Positions 39,001 to 54,000 of a DNA stretch of 64,000 bases are shown here, in pieces. Numbering within the stretch: the stretch's first letter is position 1; each line of letters opens with the position of its first letter. The notes under the pieces were generated by a model. The model had not been told where the DNA came from and searched no databases. It saw nothing but the letters and a program-made list of their open reading frames with translations. The position numbers and the translations under genes were made by a program. The DNA is taken from positions 5,518,001 through 5,582,000 of the forward strand of contig OZ024764.1 of assembly GCA_964016885.1 (NCBI GenBank). The letters run 5' to 3'. Source of the stretch: Eledone cirrhosa. Taxonomy: Eukaryota.

Positions 39001-42000
39001 GTCTCACATTTAGACCTATTTCTCTCTAGATATACCTACTGATATAGTCTTACATTTAGACCTGCTTCTCTCTAGATATACCTACTGCAATGGTCTTACA
39101 TTTAGACCTGTTTCTCTCTAGATATACCTACTGCAATGGTCTTACATTTAGACCTGTTTCTCTCTAGATATACCTACTGCTATAGTCTCACATTTAGACC
39201 TGTTTCTCTCTAGATGTACCTACTGCTATAGTCTCACATTTAGACCGGTTTCTCTCTAGATATACCTACTGCAATGGTCTTACATTTAGACCTGTTTCTC
39301 TCTAGATATACCTACTGATATAGTCTCACATTTAGACCTGTTTCTCTCTAGATATACCTACTGCTGTAGTCTCACATTTAGACCTGTTTCTCTCTAGATA
39401 TACCTACTGCTATAGTATTACATTCAGACCTGTTTCTCTCTAGATATACCTACTGATATAGTCTTACATTTAGACCTGTATCTCTCTAGATATACCTACA
39501 GCTATAGTCTCACATTTAGACCTATTTCTCTCGAGATATACCTATTGATATAGTCTTACATTTAGACCTGTATCTCTCTAGATATACCTACTGCTATAGT
39601 CTCACATTTAGACCTGTTTCTCTCTAGATATACCTACTGCTATAGTCTTACATTTAGACCTGTTTCTCTCTAGATGTACCTACTGATATAGTCTCACATT
39701 TAGACCTGTTTCTCTCTAGATGTACCTACTGCTATAGTCTTACATTTAGACCTGTTTCTCTCTAGATGTACCTACTGCTATAGTCTTACATTTAGACCTG
39801 GTTCTCTCTAGATGTACCTACTGATATAGTCTCACATTTAGACCTATTTCTCTCTAGATATACCTACTGATATAGTCTTACATTTAGACCTGCTTCTCTC
39901 TAGATATACCTACTGCAATGGTCTTACATTTAGACCTGTTTCTCTCTAGATATACCTACTGCTATAGTCTCACATTTAGACCTGTTTCTCTCTAGATGTA
40001 CCTACTGCTATAGTCTCACATTTAGACCGGTTTCTCTCTAGATATACCTACTGCTGTAGTCTCACAGTTAGACCTGTTTCTCTCTAGATATACCTACTGC
40101 TATAGTCTTACATTTAGACCTGTTTCTCTCTAGATATACCTACAGCTATAGTCTCACAATTAGACCTGTTTCTCTCTAGATATACCTACTGTAATGGTCT
40201 TACATTTAGACCCGTTTCTCTCTAGATGTACCTACTGCTATAGTCTCACATTTAGACCTGTTTCTCTCTAGATATACCTACTGCTGTAGTCTCACATTTA
40301 GACCTGTTTCTCTCTAGATATACCTACTGCTATAGTATTACATTTAGACCCGTTTCTCTCTAGATATACCTACTGCAATGGTCTTACATTTAGACCTGTT
40401 TCTCTCTAGATATACCTACTGATATAGTCTCACATTTAGACCTGTTTCTCTCTAGATATACCTACTGCTGTAGTCTCACATTTAGACCTGTTTCTCTCTA
40501 GATGTACCTACTGCTATAGTCTTACATTTAGACCTATTTCTCTCTAGATATACCTACTGCTATAGTCTCACTTTAGACCTGTTTCTCTCTAGATATACCT
40601 ACTGCTATAGTCTCACATTTAGACCTGTTTCTCTCTAGATGTACCTACCGCTATAGTCTCACATTTAGACCTGTTTCTCTCTAGATATACCTACTGCTAT
40701 AGTCTTACATCTAGACCTGTTTCTCTCTAGATATACCTACTGCTGTAGTCTCACATTTAGACCTGTTTCTCTCTAGATGTACCTACTGCTATAGTCTCAC
40801 ATTTAGACCTGTTTCTCTCTAGATATACCTACTGATATAGTCTTACATTTAGACCTGTTTCTCTCTAGATATACCTACTGCTGTAGTCTCACATTTAGAC
40901 CTGTTTCTCTCTAGATATACCTACTGCTATAGTCTTACATTTAGACCTGTTTCTCTCTAGATATACCTACTGCTGTAGTCTCACATTTAGACCTGTTTCT
41001 CTCTAGATGTACCTACTGCTATAGTCTCACATTTAGACCTGTTTCTCTCTAGATATACTTACTGATATAGTCTTACATTTAGAACTGTTTCTCTCTAGAT
41101 ATACCTACTGATATAGTCTTACATTTAGACCTGTTTCTCTCTAGATGTACCTACTGCTATAGTCTCACATTTAGACCTGTTTCTCTCTAGATATACCTAC
41201 TGCTATAGTCTTACATTTAGACCTGTTTCTCTCTAGATATACCTACAACTATAGTCTCACATTTAGACCTATTTCAATCTAGATATACCTACTGATATAG
41301 TCTTACATTTAGACCTGTTTCTCTCTAGATATACCTACTACAATGGTCTTACATTTAGACCTGTTTCTCTCTAGATATACCTACTGCTATAGTCTCACAT
41401 TTAGACCTATTTCTCTCTAGATATACCTACTGATATAGTCTTACATTTAGACCTGTTTCTCTCTAGATATACCTACTGCAATGGTCTTACATTTAGACCT
41501 GTTTCTCTCTAGATATACCTACTGCTATAGTCTCACATTTAGACCTGTTTCTCTCTAGATGTACCTACTGCTATAGTCTCACATTTAGACCCGTTTCTCT
41601 CTAGATGTACCTACTGCTATAGTCTCACATTTAGACCTGTTTCTCTCTAGATATACCTACTGCTGTAGTCTCACATTTAGACCTGTTTCTCTCTAGATGC
41701 ACCTACTGCTATAGTCTTACATTTAGACCTGTTTCTCTCTAGATATACCTACTGCTATAGTCTCACATTTAGACCTGTTTCTCTCTAGATATACCTACTG
41801 CTATAGTCTTACATTTAGACCTGTATCTCTCTAGATATACCTACAGCTATAGTCTCACATTTAGACCTATTTCTCTCGAGATATACCTATTGATATAGTC
41901 TTACATTTAGACCTGTATCTCTCTAGATATACCTACTGCTATAGTCTCACATTTAGACCTGTTTCTCTCTAGATATACCTACTGCTGTAGTCTCACATTT

Positions 42001-45000
42001 AGACCTGTTTCTCTCTAGATGTACCTACTGCTATAGTCTCACATTTAGACCTGTTTCTCTCTAGATATACCTACTGATATAGTCTTACATTTGGACCTGT
42101 TTCTCTCTAGATATACCTACTGCTATAGTCTTACATTTAGACCTGTTTCTCTCTAGATATACCTACAACTATAGTCTGACATTTAGACCTATTTCTATCT
42201 AGATATACCTACTGATATAGTCTTACATTTAGACCTGCTTCTCTCTAGATATACCTACTGCAATGGTCTTACATTTAGATCTGTTTCTCTCTAGATATAC
42301 CTACTGCTATAGTCTCACATTTAGACCTGTTTCTCTCTACATGTACCTACTGCTATAGTCTCACATTTAGACCTGTTTCTCTCTAGATGTACCTACTGCT
42401 ATAGTCTCACATTTAGACCGGTTTCTCTCTAGATATACCTACTGCTGTAGTCTCACAGTTAGACCTGTTTCTCTCTAGATATACCTACTGCTATAGTCTT
42501 ACATTTAGACCTGTTTCTCTCTAGATATACCTACTGTAATGGTCTTACATTTAGACCTGTTTCTCACTAGATATACCTACTGCTATAGTCTCACATTTAG
42601 ACCTCTTTCTCTCTAGATATACCTACTGCTGTAGTCTCACATTTCGACCCGTTTCTCTCCAGATATACCTACTGCTATAGTCTCACATTTAGACCCGTTT
42701 CTCTCTAGATATACCTACTGCTATAGTCTTACATTTAGACCTCTTTCTCTCTAGATGTACCTACTGCTATAGTCTTACATTTAGACCTGTTCCTCTCTAG
42801 ATGTACCTACTGCTATAGTCTCACATTTAGACCTGTTTCTCTCTAGATATACCTACTGCTATAGTCTCACATTTAAACCCGTTTCTCTCTAGATGTACCT
42901 ACTGATATAGTCTCACATTTAGACCTGTTTCTCTCTAGATATACCTACTGCTGTAGTCTCACATTTAGACCTGTTTCTCTCTAGATATACCTACTGCTAT
43001 AGTATTACATTCAGACCTGTTTCTCTCTAGATATACCTACTGATATAGTCTTACATTTAGACCTGTATCTCTCTAGATATACCTACAGCTATAGTCTCAC
43101 ATTTAGACCTATTTCTCTCGAGATATACCTATTGATATAGTCTTACATTTAGACCTGTATCTCTCTAGATATACCTACTGCTATAGTCTCACATTTAGAC
43201 CTGTTTCTCTCTAGATATACCTACTGATATAGTCTTACATTTAGACCTGTTTCTCTCTAGATGTACCTACTGATATAGTCTCACATTTAGACCTGTTTCT
43301 CTCTAGATGTACCTACTGCTATAGTCTTACATTTAGACCTGTTTCTCTCTAGATGTACCTACTGCTATAGTCTTACATTTAGACCTGGTTCTCTCTAGAT
43401 GTACCTACTGATATAGTCTCACATTTAGACCTATTTCTCTCTAGATATACCTACTGATATAGTCTTACATTTAGACCTGCTTCTCTCTAGATATACCTAC
43501 TGCAATGGTCTTACATTTAGACCTGTTTCTCTCTAGATATACCTACTGCTATAGTCTCACATTTAGACCTGTTTCTCTCTAGATGTACCTACTGCTATAG
43601 TCTCACATTTAGACCGGTTTCTCTCTAGATATACCTACTGCTGTAGTCTCACAGTTAGACCTGTTTCTCTCTAGATATACCTACTGCTATAGTCTTACAT
43701 TTAGACCTGTTTCTCCCTAGATATACCTACAGCTATAGTCTCACAATTAGACCTGTTTCTCTCTAGATATACCTACTGTAATGGTCTTACATTTAGACCC
43801 GTTTCTCTCTAGATGTACCTAGTGCTATAGTCTCACATTTAGACCTGTTTCTCTCTAGATATACCTACTGCTGTAGTCTCACATTTAGACCTGTTTCTCT
43901 CTAGATATACCTACTGCTATAGTATTACATTTAGACCCGTTTCTCTCTAGATATACCTACTGCAATGGTCTTACATTTAGACCTGTTTCTCTCTAGATAT
44001 ACCTACTGATATAGTCTCACATTTAGACCTGTTTCTCTGTAGATATACCTACTGCTGTAGTCTCACATTTAGACCTGTTTCTCTCTAGATGTACCTACTG
44101 CTATAGTCTTACATTTAGACCTATTTCTCTCTAGATATACCTACTGCTATAGTCTCACTTTAGACCTGTTTCTCTCTAGATATACCTACTGCTATAGTCT
44201 CACATTTAGAGCTGTTTCTCTCTAGATGTACCTACCGCTATAGTCTCACATTTAGACCTGTTTCTCTCTAGATATACCTACTGCTATAGTCTTACATTTA
44301 GACCTGTTTCTCTCTAGATATACCTACTGCTGTAGTCTCACATTTAGACCTGTTTCTCTCTAGATATACCTACTGCTATAGTCTTACATTTAGACCTGTT
44401 TCTCTCTAGATATACCTACTGCTGTAGTCTCACATTTAGACCTGTTTCTCTCTAGATGTACCTACTGCTATAGTCTCACATTTAGACCTGTTTCTCTCTA
44501 GATATACCTACTGATATAGTCTTACATTTAGACCTGTTTCTCTCTAGATATACCTACTGCTGTAGTCTCACATTTAGACCTGTTTCTCTCTAGATATACC
44601 TACTGCTATAGTCTTACATTTAGACCTGTTTCTCTCTAGATATACCTACTGCTGTAGTCTCACATTTAGACCTGTTTCTCTCTAGATGTACCTACTGCTA
44701 TAGTCTCACATTTAGACCTGTTTCTCTCTAGATATACTTACTGATATAGTCTTACATTTAGAACTGTTTCTCTCTAGATATACCTACTGATATAGTCTTA
44801 CATTTAGACCTGTTTCTCTCTAGATGTACCTACTGCTATAGTCTCACATTTAGACCTGTTTCTCTCTAGATATACCTACTGCTATAGTCTTACATTTAGA
44901 CCTGTTTCTCTCTAGATATACCTACAACTATAGTCTCACATTTAGACCTATTTCAATCTAGATATACCTACTGATATAGTCTTACATTTAGACCTGTTTC

Positions 45001-48000
45001 TCTCTAGATATACCTACTACAATGGTCTTACATTTAGACCTGTTTCTCTCTAGATATACCTACTGCTATAGTCTCACATTTAGACCTATTTCTCTCTAGA
45101 TATACCTACTGATATAGTCTTACATTTAGACCTGTTTCTCTCTAGATATACCTACTGCAATGGTCTTACATTTAGACCTGTTTCTCTCTAGATATACCTA
45201 CTGCTATAGTCTCACATTTAGACCTGTTTCTCTCTAGATGTACCTACTGCTATAGTCTCACATTTAGACCCGTTTCTCTCTAGATGTACCTACTGCTATA
45301 GTCTCACATTTAGACCGGTTTCTCTCTAGATATACCTACTGCTGTAGTCTCACAGTTAGACCTGTTTCTCTCTAGATATACCTACTGCTATAGTCTTACA
45401 TTTAGACCTGTTTCTCTCTAGATATACCTACAGCTATAGTCTCACATTTAGACCTATTTCTCTCTAGATATACCTATTGATATAGTCTTACATTTAGACC
45501 TGTTTCTCTCTAGATATACCTACTGTAATGGTCTTACATTTAGACCTGTTTCTCACTAGATATACCTACTGCTATAGCCTCACATTTAGACCCGTTTCTC
45601 TCTAGATATACCTACTGATATAGTCTTACATTTAGACCTGTTTCTCTCTAGATATACCTACTGCAATGGTCTTACATTTAGACCCGTTTCTCTCTAGATA
45701 TACCTACTGCTATAGTCTTACATTTAGACCTGTTTCTCTCTAGATATACCTACTGATATAGTCTTACATTTAGACCTGTTTCTCTCTAGATATACCTACT
45801 GATATAGTCTTACATTTAGACCTGTTTCTCTCTAGATGTACCTACTGCTATAGTCTCACATTTAGACCTGTTTCTCTCTAGATATACCTACTGCTATAGT
45901 CTTACATTTAGACCTGTTTCTCTCTAGATATACCTACAACTATAGTCTCACATTTAGACCTATTTCAATCTAGATATACCTACTGATATAGTCTGACATT
46001 TAGACCTGTTTCTCTCTAGATATACCTACTGCTATAGTCTCACATTTAGACCTATTTCTCTCTAGATATACCTACTGATATAGTCTTACATTTAGACCTG
46101 TTTCTCTCTAGATATACCTACTGCAATGTTCTTACATTTAGACCTGTTTCTCTCTAGATATACCTACTGCTATAGTCTCACATTTAGACCTGTTTCTCTC
46201 TAGATGTACCTACTGCTATAGTCTCACATTTAGACCTGTTTCTCTCTAGATGTACCTACTGCTATAGTCTCACATTTAGACCGGTTTCTCTCTAGATATA
46301 CCTACTGCTGTAGTCTCACAGTTAGACCTGTTTCTCTCTAGATATACCTACTGCTATAGTCTTACATTTAGACCTGTCTCTCTCTAGATATACCTACTGC
46401 TATATTCTCACATTTAGACCTCTTTCTTTCTAGATATACCTACTGTTATAGTCTTACATTTAGACCTGTTTCTCTCTAGATATACCTACTGCTGTAGTCT
46501 CACATTTAGACCTGTTTCTCTCTAGATGTATCTACTGCTATAGTCTTATATTTAGACCTGTTTCTCTCTAGATATACCTACTGCTATAGTCTCACATTTA
46601 GACCTGTTTCTCTCTAGATATACCTACTGCTATAGTCTCACATTTAGACCTGTTTCTCTCTAGATGTACCTACCGCTATAGTCTCACATTTAGACCTGTT
46701 TCTCTCTAGATATACCTACTGCTATAGTCTTACATTTATACCTGTTTCTCTCTAGATATACCTACTGCTGTCGTCTCATATTTAGACCTGTTTCTCTCTA
46801 GATATACCTACTGCTATAGTCTTACATTTAGACCTGTTTCTCTCTAGATATACCTACTGCTGTAGTCTCACATTTAGACCTGTTTCTCTCTAGATGTACC
46901 TACTGCTATAGTCTCACATTTAGACCTGTTTCTCTCTAGATATACCTACTGATATAGTCTTACATTTAGACCTGTTTCTCTCTAGATGTACCTACTGCTA
47001 TAGTCTCACATTTAGACCTGTTTCTCTCTAGATATACCTACTGCTATAGTCTTACATTTAGACCTGTTTCTCTCTAGATATACCTACTGCTATAGTCTTA
47101 CATTTAGACCTGTTTCTCTCTCGATATACCTACAACTAGAGTCTCACATTTAGACCTATTTCAATCTAGATATACTTACTGATATAGTCTTACATTTAGA
47201 CCTGTTTCTCTCTAGATATACCTACTGCAATGGTCTTACATTTAGACCTGTTTCTCTCTAGATATACCTACTGCTATAGTCTCACATTTAGACCTGTTTC
47301 TCTCTAGATGTACCTACTGCTATAGTCTCACATTTAGACCTGTTTCTCTCTAGATATACCTACTGCTATAGTCTTACATTTAGACCTGTTTCTCTCTAGA
47401 TATACCTACTGCTGTAGTCTCACATTTAGACCTGTTTCTCTCTAGATATACCTATTGATATAGTCTTACATTTAGACCTGTATCTCTCTAGATATACCTA
47501 CTGCTATAGTCTCACATTTAGACCTCTTTCTCTCTAGATATACCTACTGCTATAGTCTCACATTTAGACCTGGTTCTCTTTAGATGTACCTACTGATATA
47601 GTCTCACATTTAGACCTGTTTCTCTCTAGATGTACCTACTGCTATAGTCTTACATTTAGACCTGTTTCTCTCTAGATGTACCTACTGCTATAGTCTTACA
47701 TTTAGACCTGTTTCTCTCTAGATGTACCTACTGCTATAGTCTTACATTTAGATCTGTTTCTCTCTAGATGTACCTACTGCTATAGTCTCACATTTAGACC
47801 TGTTTCTCTCTAGATATACCTACAACTATAGTCTCACATTTAGACCTATTTCAATCTAGATATACCTACTGATATAGTCTTACATTTAGACCTGTTTCTC
47901 TCAAGATATACCTACTGCTATAGTCTCACATTTAGACCTATTTCTCTCTAGATATACCTACTGCTATAGTCTTACATTTAGACCTGTTTCTCTCTAGATG

Positions 48001-51000
48001 TACCTACTGCTATAGTCTCACATTTAGACCTGTTTCTCTCTAGATATTCCTACTGCAATGGTCTTACATTTAGACCTGTTTCTCTCTAGATATACCTACT
48101 ATAATGGTCTTACATTTAGACCTGTTTCTCACTAGATATACCTACTGCTATAGTCTCACATTTAGACCGTTTCTCTCTAGATATACCTACTGCTATAGTC
48201 TTACATTTAGACCTGCTTCTCTCTAGATATACCTACTGCTATAGTCTCACATTTAGACCTGTCTCTCTCTAGATATACCTACTACTATAGTCTCACATTT
48301 AGACCTCTTTCTCTCTAGATATACCTACTGTTATAGTCTTACATTTAGACCTGTTTCTCACTAGATATACCTACTGCTATAGTCTCACATTTAGACCTCT
48401 TTCTCTCTAGATATACCTACTGCTGTAGTCTCACATTTAGACCTGTTTCTCTCTAGATATACCTACTGCTATAGTCTCACATTTAGACCCGTTTCTCTCT
48501 AGATATACCTATTGATATAGTCTTACATTTAGTCCTGTATCTCTCTAGATATACCTACTGCTATAGTCTTACATTTAGTCCTGTATCTCTCTAGATATAC
48601 CTACCGCTATAGTCTCACATTTAGACCTGTTTCTCTCTAGATATACCTACTGCTATAGTCTTACATTTAGACCTGTTTCTCTCTAGATATACCTACTACT
48701 GTAGTCTCACATTTAGACCTGTTTCTCTCTAGATGTACCTACTGCTATAGTCTCACATTTAGACCTGTTTCTCTGTAGATATACCTACTGATATAGTCTT
48801 ACATTTAGACCTGTTTCTCTCTAGATATACCTACTGCTATAGTCTCACATTTAGACCTATTTCTCTCTAGATATACCTACTGATATAGTCTTACATTTAG
48901 ACCTGTTTCTCTCTAGATATACCTACTGCAATTGTCTTACATTTAGACCTGTTTCTCTCTAGATATACCTACTGCTATAGTCTCAGATTTAGACCTGTTT
49001 CTCTCTAGATGTACCTACTGCTATAGTCTCACATTTAGACCTGTTTCTCTCTAGATGTACCTACTGCTATAGTCTCACATTTAGACCGGTTTCTCTCTAG
49101 ATATACCTACTGCTGTAGTCTCACAGTTAGACCTGTTTCTCTCTAGATATACCTACTGCTATAGTCTTACATTTAGACCTGTTTCTCTCTAGATATACCT
49201 ACTGCTGTAGTCTCACATTTAGACCTGTTTCTCTCTAGATGTACCTACTGCTATAGTCTCACTTTAGACCTGTTTCTCTCTAGATATACCTACTGCTATA
49301 GTCTCACATTTAGACCTGTTTCTCTCTAGATGTACCTACCGCTATAGTCTCACATTTAGACCTGTTTCTCTCTAGATATACCTACTGCTATAGTCTTACA
49401 TTTAGACCTGTTTCTCTCTAGATATACCTACTGCTGTAGTCTCACATTTAGACCTGTTTCTCTCTAGATATACTTACTGATATAGTCTTACATTTAGAAC
49501 TGTTTCTCTCTAGATATACCTACTGATATAGTCTTACATTTAGACCCGTTTCTCTCTAGATGTACCTACTGCTATAGTCTCACATTTAGACCTGTTTCTC
49601 TCTAGATATACCTACTGCTATAGTCTTACATTTAGACCTGTTTCTCTCTAGATATACCTACAACTATAGTCTCACATTTAGACCTATTTCAATCTAGATA
49701 TACCTACTGATATAGTCTTACATTTAGACCTGTTTCTCTCTAGATATACCTACTGCAATGGTCTTACATTTAGACCTGTTTCTCTCTAGATATACCTACT
49801 GCTATAGTCTCACATTTAGACCTATTTCTCTCTAGATATACCTACTGATATAGTCTTACATTTAGACCTGTTTCTCTCTAGATATACCTACTGCAATGGT
49901 CTTACATTTAGACCTGTTTCTCTCTAGATATACCTACTGCTATAGTCTCACATTTAGACCTGTTTCTCTCTAGATGTACCTACTGCTATAGTCTCACATT
50001 TAGACCCGTTTCTCTCTAGATGTACCTACTGCTATAGTCTCACATTTAGACCGGTTTCTCTCTAGATATACCTACTGCTGTAGTCTCACAGTTAGACCTG
50101 TTTCTCTCTAGATATACCTACTGCTATAGTCTTACATTTAGACCTGTTTCTCTCTAGATATACCTACAGCTATAGTCTCACATTTAGACCTATTTCTCTC
50201 TAGATATACCTATTGATATAGTCTTACATTTAGACCTGTTTCTCTCTAGATATACCTACTGTAATGGTCTTACATTTAGACCTGTTTCTCACTAGATATA
50301 CCTACTGCTATAGTCTCACATTTAGACCCGTTTCTCTCTAGATATAACTACTGCTATAGTCTTACATTTAGACCTGCTTCTCTCTAGATATACCTACTGC
50401 TATAGTCTCACATTTAGACCTGTCTCTCTCTAGATATGCCTACTACTATAGTCTCACATTTAGACCTCTTTCTCTCTAGATATACCTACTGTTATAGTCT
50501 TACATTTAGACCTGTTTCTCTCTAGATATACCTACTGCTGTAGTCTCACATTTAGACCTGTTTCTCTCTAGATATACCTATTGATATAGTCTTACATTTA
50601 GACCTGTATCTCTCTAGATATACCTACTGCTATAGTCTCACATTTAGACCTCTTTCTCTCTAGATATACCTACAACTATAGTCTGACATTTAGACCTATT
50701 TCTATATAGATATACCTACTGATATAGTCTTACATTTAGACCTGTTTCTCTCTAGATATACCTACTGCAATGGTCTTACATTTAGACCTGTTTCTCTCTA
50801 GATATACCTACTGCTATAGTCTCACATTTAGACCTATTTCTCTCTAGATATACCTACTGATATAGTCTTACATTTAGACCTGTTTCTCTCTAGATATACC
50901 TACTGCAATGGTCTTACATTTAGATCTGTTTCTCTCTAGATATACCTACTGCTATAGTCTCACATTTAGACCTGTTTCTCTCTAGATATACCTACTGCAA

Positions 51001-54000
51001 TGGTCTTACATTTAGATCTGTTTCTCTCTAGATATACCTACTGCTATAGTCTCACATTTAGACCTGTTTCTCTCTACATGTACCTACTGCTATAGTCTCA
51101 CATTTAGACCTGTTTCTCTCTAGATGTACCTACTGCTATAGTCTCACATTTAGACCGGTTTCTCTCTAGATATACCTACTGCTGTAGTCTCACAGTTAGA
51201 CCTGTTTCTCTCTAGATATACCTACTGCTATAGTCTTACATTTAGACCTGTTTCTCTCTAGATATACCTACTGTAATGGTCTCACATTTAGACCTCTTTC
51301 TCTCTAGATATACCTACTGCTGTAGTCTCACATTTCGACCCGTTTCTCTCCAGATATACCTACTGCTATAGTCTCACATTTAGACCCGTTTCTCTCTAGA
51401 TATACCTACTGCTATAGTCTTACATTTAGACCTCTTTCTCTGTAGATGTACCTACTGCTATAGTCTTACATTTAGACCTGTTCCTCTCTAGATGTACCTA
51501 CTGCTATAGTCTCACATTTAGACCTGTTTCTCTCTAGATATACCTACTGCTATAGTCTCACATTTAGACCCGTTTCTCTCTAGATGTACCTACTGATATA
51601 GTCTCACATTTAGACCTGTTTCTCTCTAGATATACCTACTGCTATTGTCTCACATTTAGACCCGTTTCTCTCTAGATATAACTACTGCTATAGTCTTACA
51701 TTTAGACCTGCTTCTCTCTAGATATACCTACTGCTATATTCTCACATTTAGACCTGTCTCTCTCTAGATATGCCTACTACTATAGTCTCACATTTAGACC
51801 TCTTTCTCTCTAGATATACCTACTGTTATAGTCTTACATTTAGACCTGTTTCTCTCTAGATATACCTACTGCTGTAGTCTCACATTTAGACCTGTTTCTC
51901 TCTAGATATACCTATTGATATAGTCTTACATTTAGACCTGTATCTCTCTAGATATACCTACTGCTATAGTCTCACATTTAGACCTCTTTCTCTCTAGATA
52001 TACCTACAACTATAGTCTGACATTTAGACCTATTTCTATATAGATATACCTACTGATATAGTCTTACATTTAGACCTGTTTCTCTCTAGATATACCTACT
52101 GCAATGGTCTTACATTTAGACCTGTTTCTCTCTAGATATACCTACTGCTATAGTCTCACATTTAGACCTGTTTCTCTCTACATGTACCTACTGCTATAGT
52201 CTCACATTTAGACCTGTTTCTCTCTAGATGTACCTACTGCTATAGTCTCACATTTAGACCGGTTTCTCTCTAGATATACCTACTGCTGTAGTCTCACAGT
52301 TAGACCTGTTTCTCTCTAGATATACCTACTGCTATAGTCTTACATTTCGACCCGTTTCTCTCCAGATATACCTACTGCTATAGTCTCACATTTAGACCCG
52401 TTTCTCTCTAGATATACCTACTGCTATAGTCTTACATTTAGACCTCTTTCTCTGTAGATGTACCTACTGCTATAGTCTTACATTTAGACCTGTTCCTCTC
52501 TAGATGTACCTACTGCTATAGTCTCACATTTAGACCTGTTTCTCTCGAGATATACCTATTGATATAGTCTTACATTTAGACCTGTATCTCTCTAGATATA
52601 CCTACTGCTATAGTCTCACATTTAGACCTGTTTCTCTCTAGATATACCTACTGCTATAGTCTTACATTTAGACCTGTTTCTCTCTAGATGTACCTACTGA
52701 TATAGTCTCACATTTAGACCTGTTTCTCTCTAGATGTACCTACTGCTATAGTCTTACATTTAGACCTGTTTCTCTCTAGATGTACCTACTGCTATAGTCT
52801 TACATTTAGACCTGGTTCTCTCTAGATGTACCTACTGATATAGTCTCACGTTTAGACCTATTTCTCTCTAGATATACCTACTGATATAGTCTTACATTTA
52901 GACCTGCTTCTCTCTAGATATACCTACTGCAATGGTCTTACATTTAGACCTGTTTCTCTCTAGATATACCTACTGCTATAGTCTCACATTTAGACCTGTT
53001 TCTCTCTAGATGTACCTACTGCTATAGTCTCACATTTAGACCGGTTTCTCTCTAGATATACCTACTGCTGTAGTCTCACAGTTAGACCTGTTTCTCTCTA
53101 GATATACCTACTGCTATAGTCTTACATTTAGACCTGTTTCTCTCTAGATATACCTACAGCTATAGTCTCACAATTAGACCTGTTTCTCTCTAGATATACC
53201 TACTGTAATGGTCTTACATTTAGACCCGTTTCTCTCTAGATGTACCTACTGCTATAGTCTCACATTTAGACCTGTTTCTCTCTAGATATACCTACTGCTG
53301 TAGTCTCACATTTAGACCTGTTTCTCTCTAGATATACCTACTGCTATAGTATTACATTTAGACCCGTTTCTCTCTAGATATACCTACTGCAATGGTCTTA
53401 CATTTAGACCTGTTTCTCTCTAGATATACCTACTGATATAGTCTCACATTTAGACCTGTTTCTCTCTAGATATACCTACTGCTGTAGTCTCACATTTAGA
53501 CCTGTTTCTCTCTAGATGTACCTACTGCTATAGTCTTACATTTAGACCTATTTCTCTCTAGATATACCTACTGCTATAGTCTCACTTTAGACCTGTTTCT
53601 CTCTAGATATACCTACTGCTATAGTCTCACATTTAGACCTGTTTCTCTCTAGATGTACCTACCGCTATAGTCTCACATTTAGACCTGTTTCTCTCTAGAT
53701 ATACCTACTGCTATAGTCTTACATTTAGACCTGTTTCTCTCTAGATATACCTACTGCTGTAGTCTCACATTTAGACCTGTTTCTCTTTAGATATACCTAC
53801 TGCTATAGTCTTACATCTAGACCTGTTTCTCTCTAGATATACCTACTGCTGTAGTCTCACATTTAGACCTGTTTCTCTCTAGATGTACCTACTGCTATAG
53901 TCTCACATTTAGACCTGTTTCTCTCTAGATATACCTACTGATATAGTCTTACATTTAGACCTGTTTCTCTCTAGATATACCTACTGCTGTAGTCTCACAT

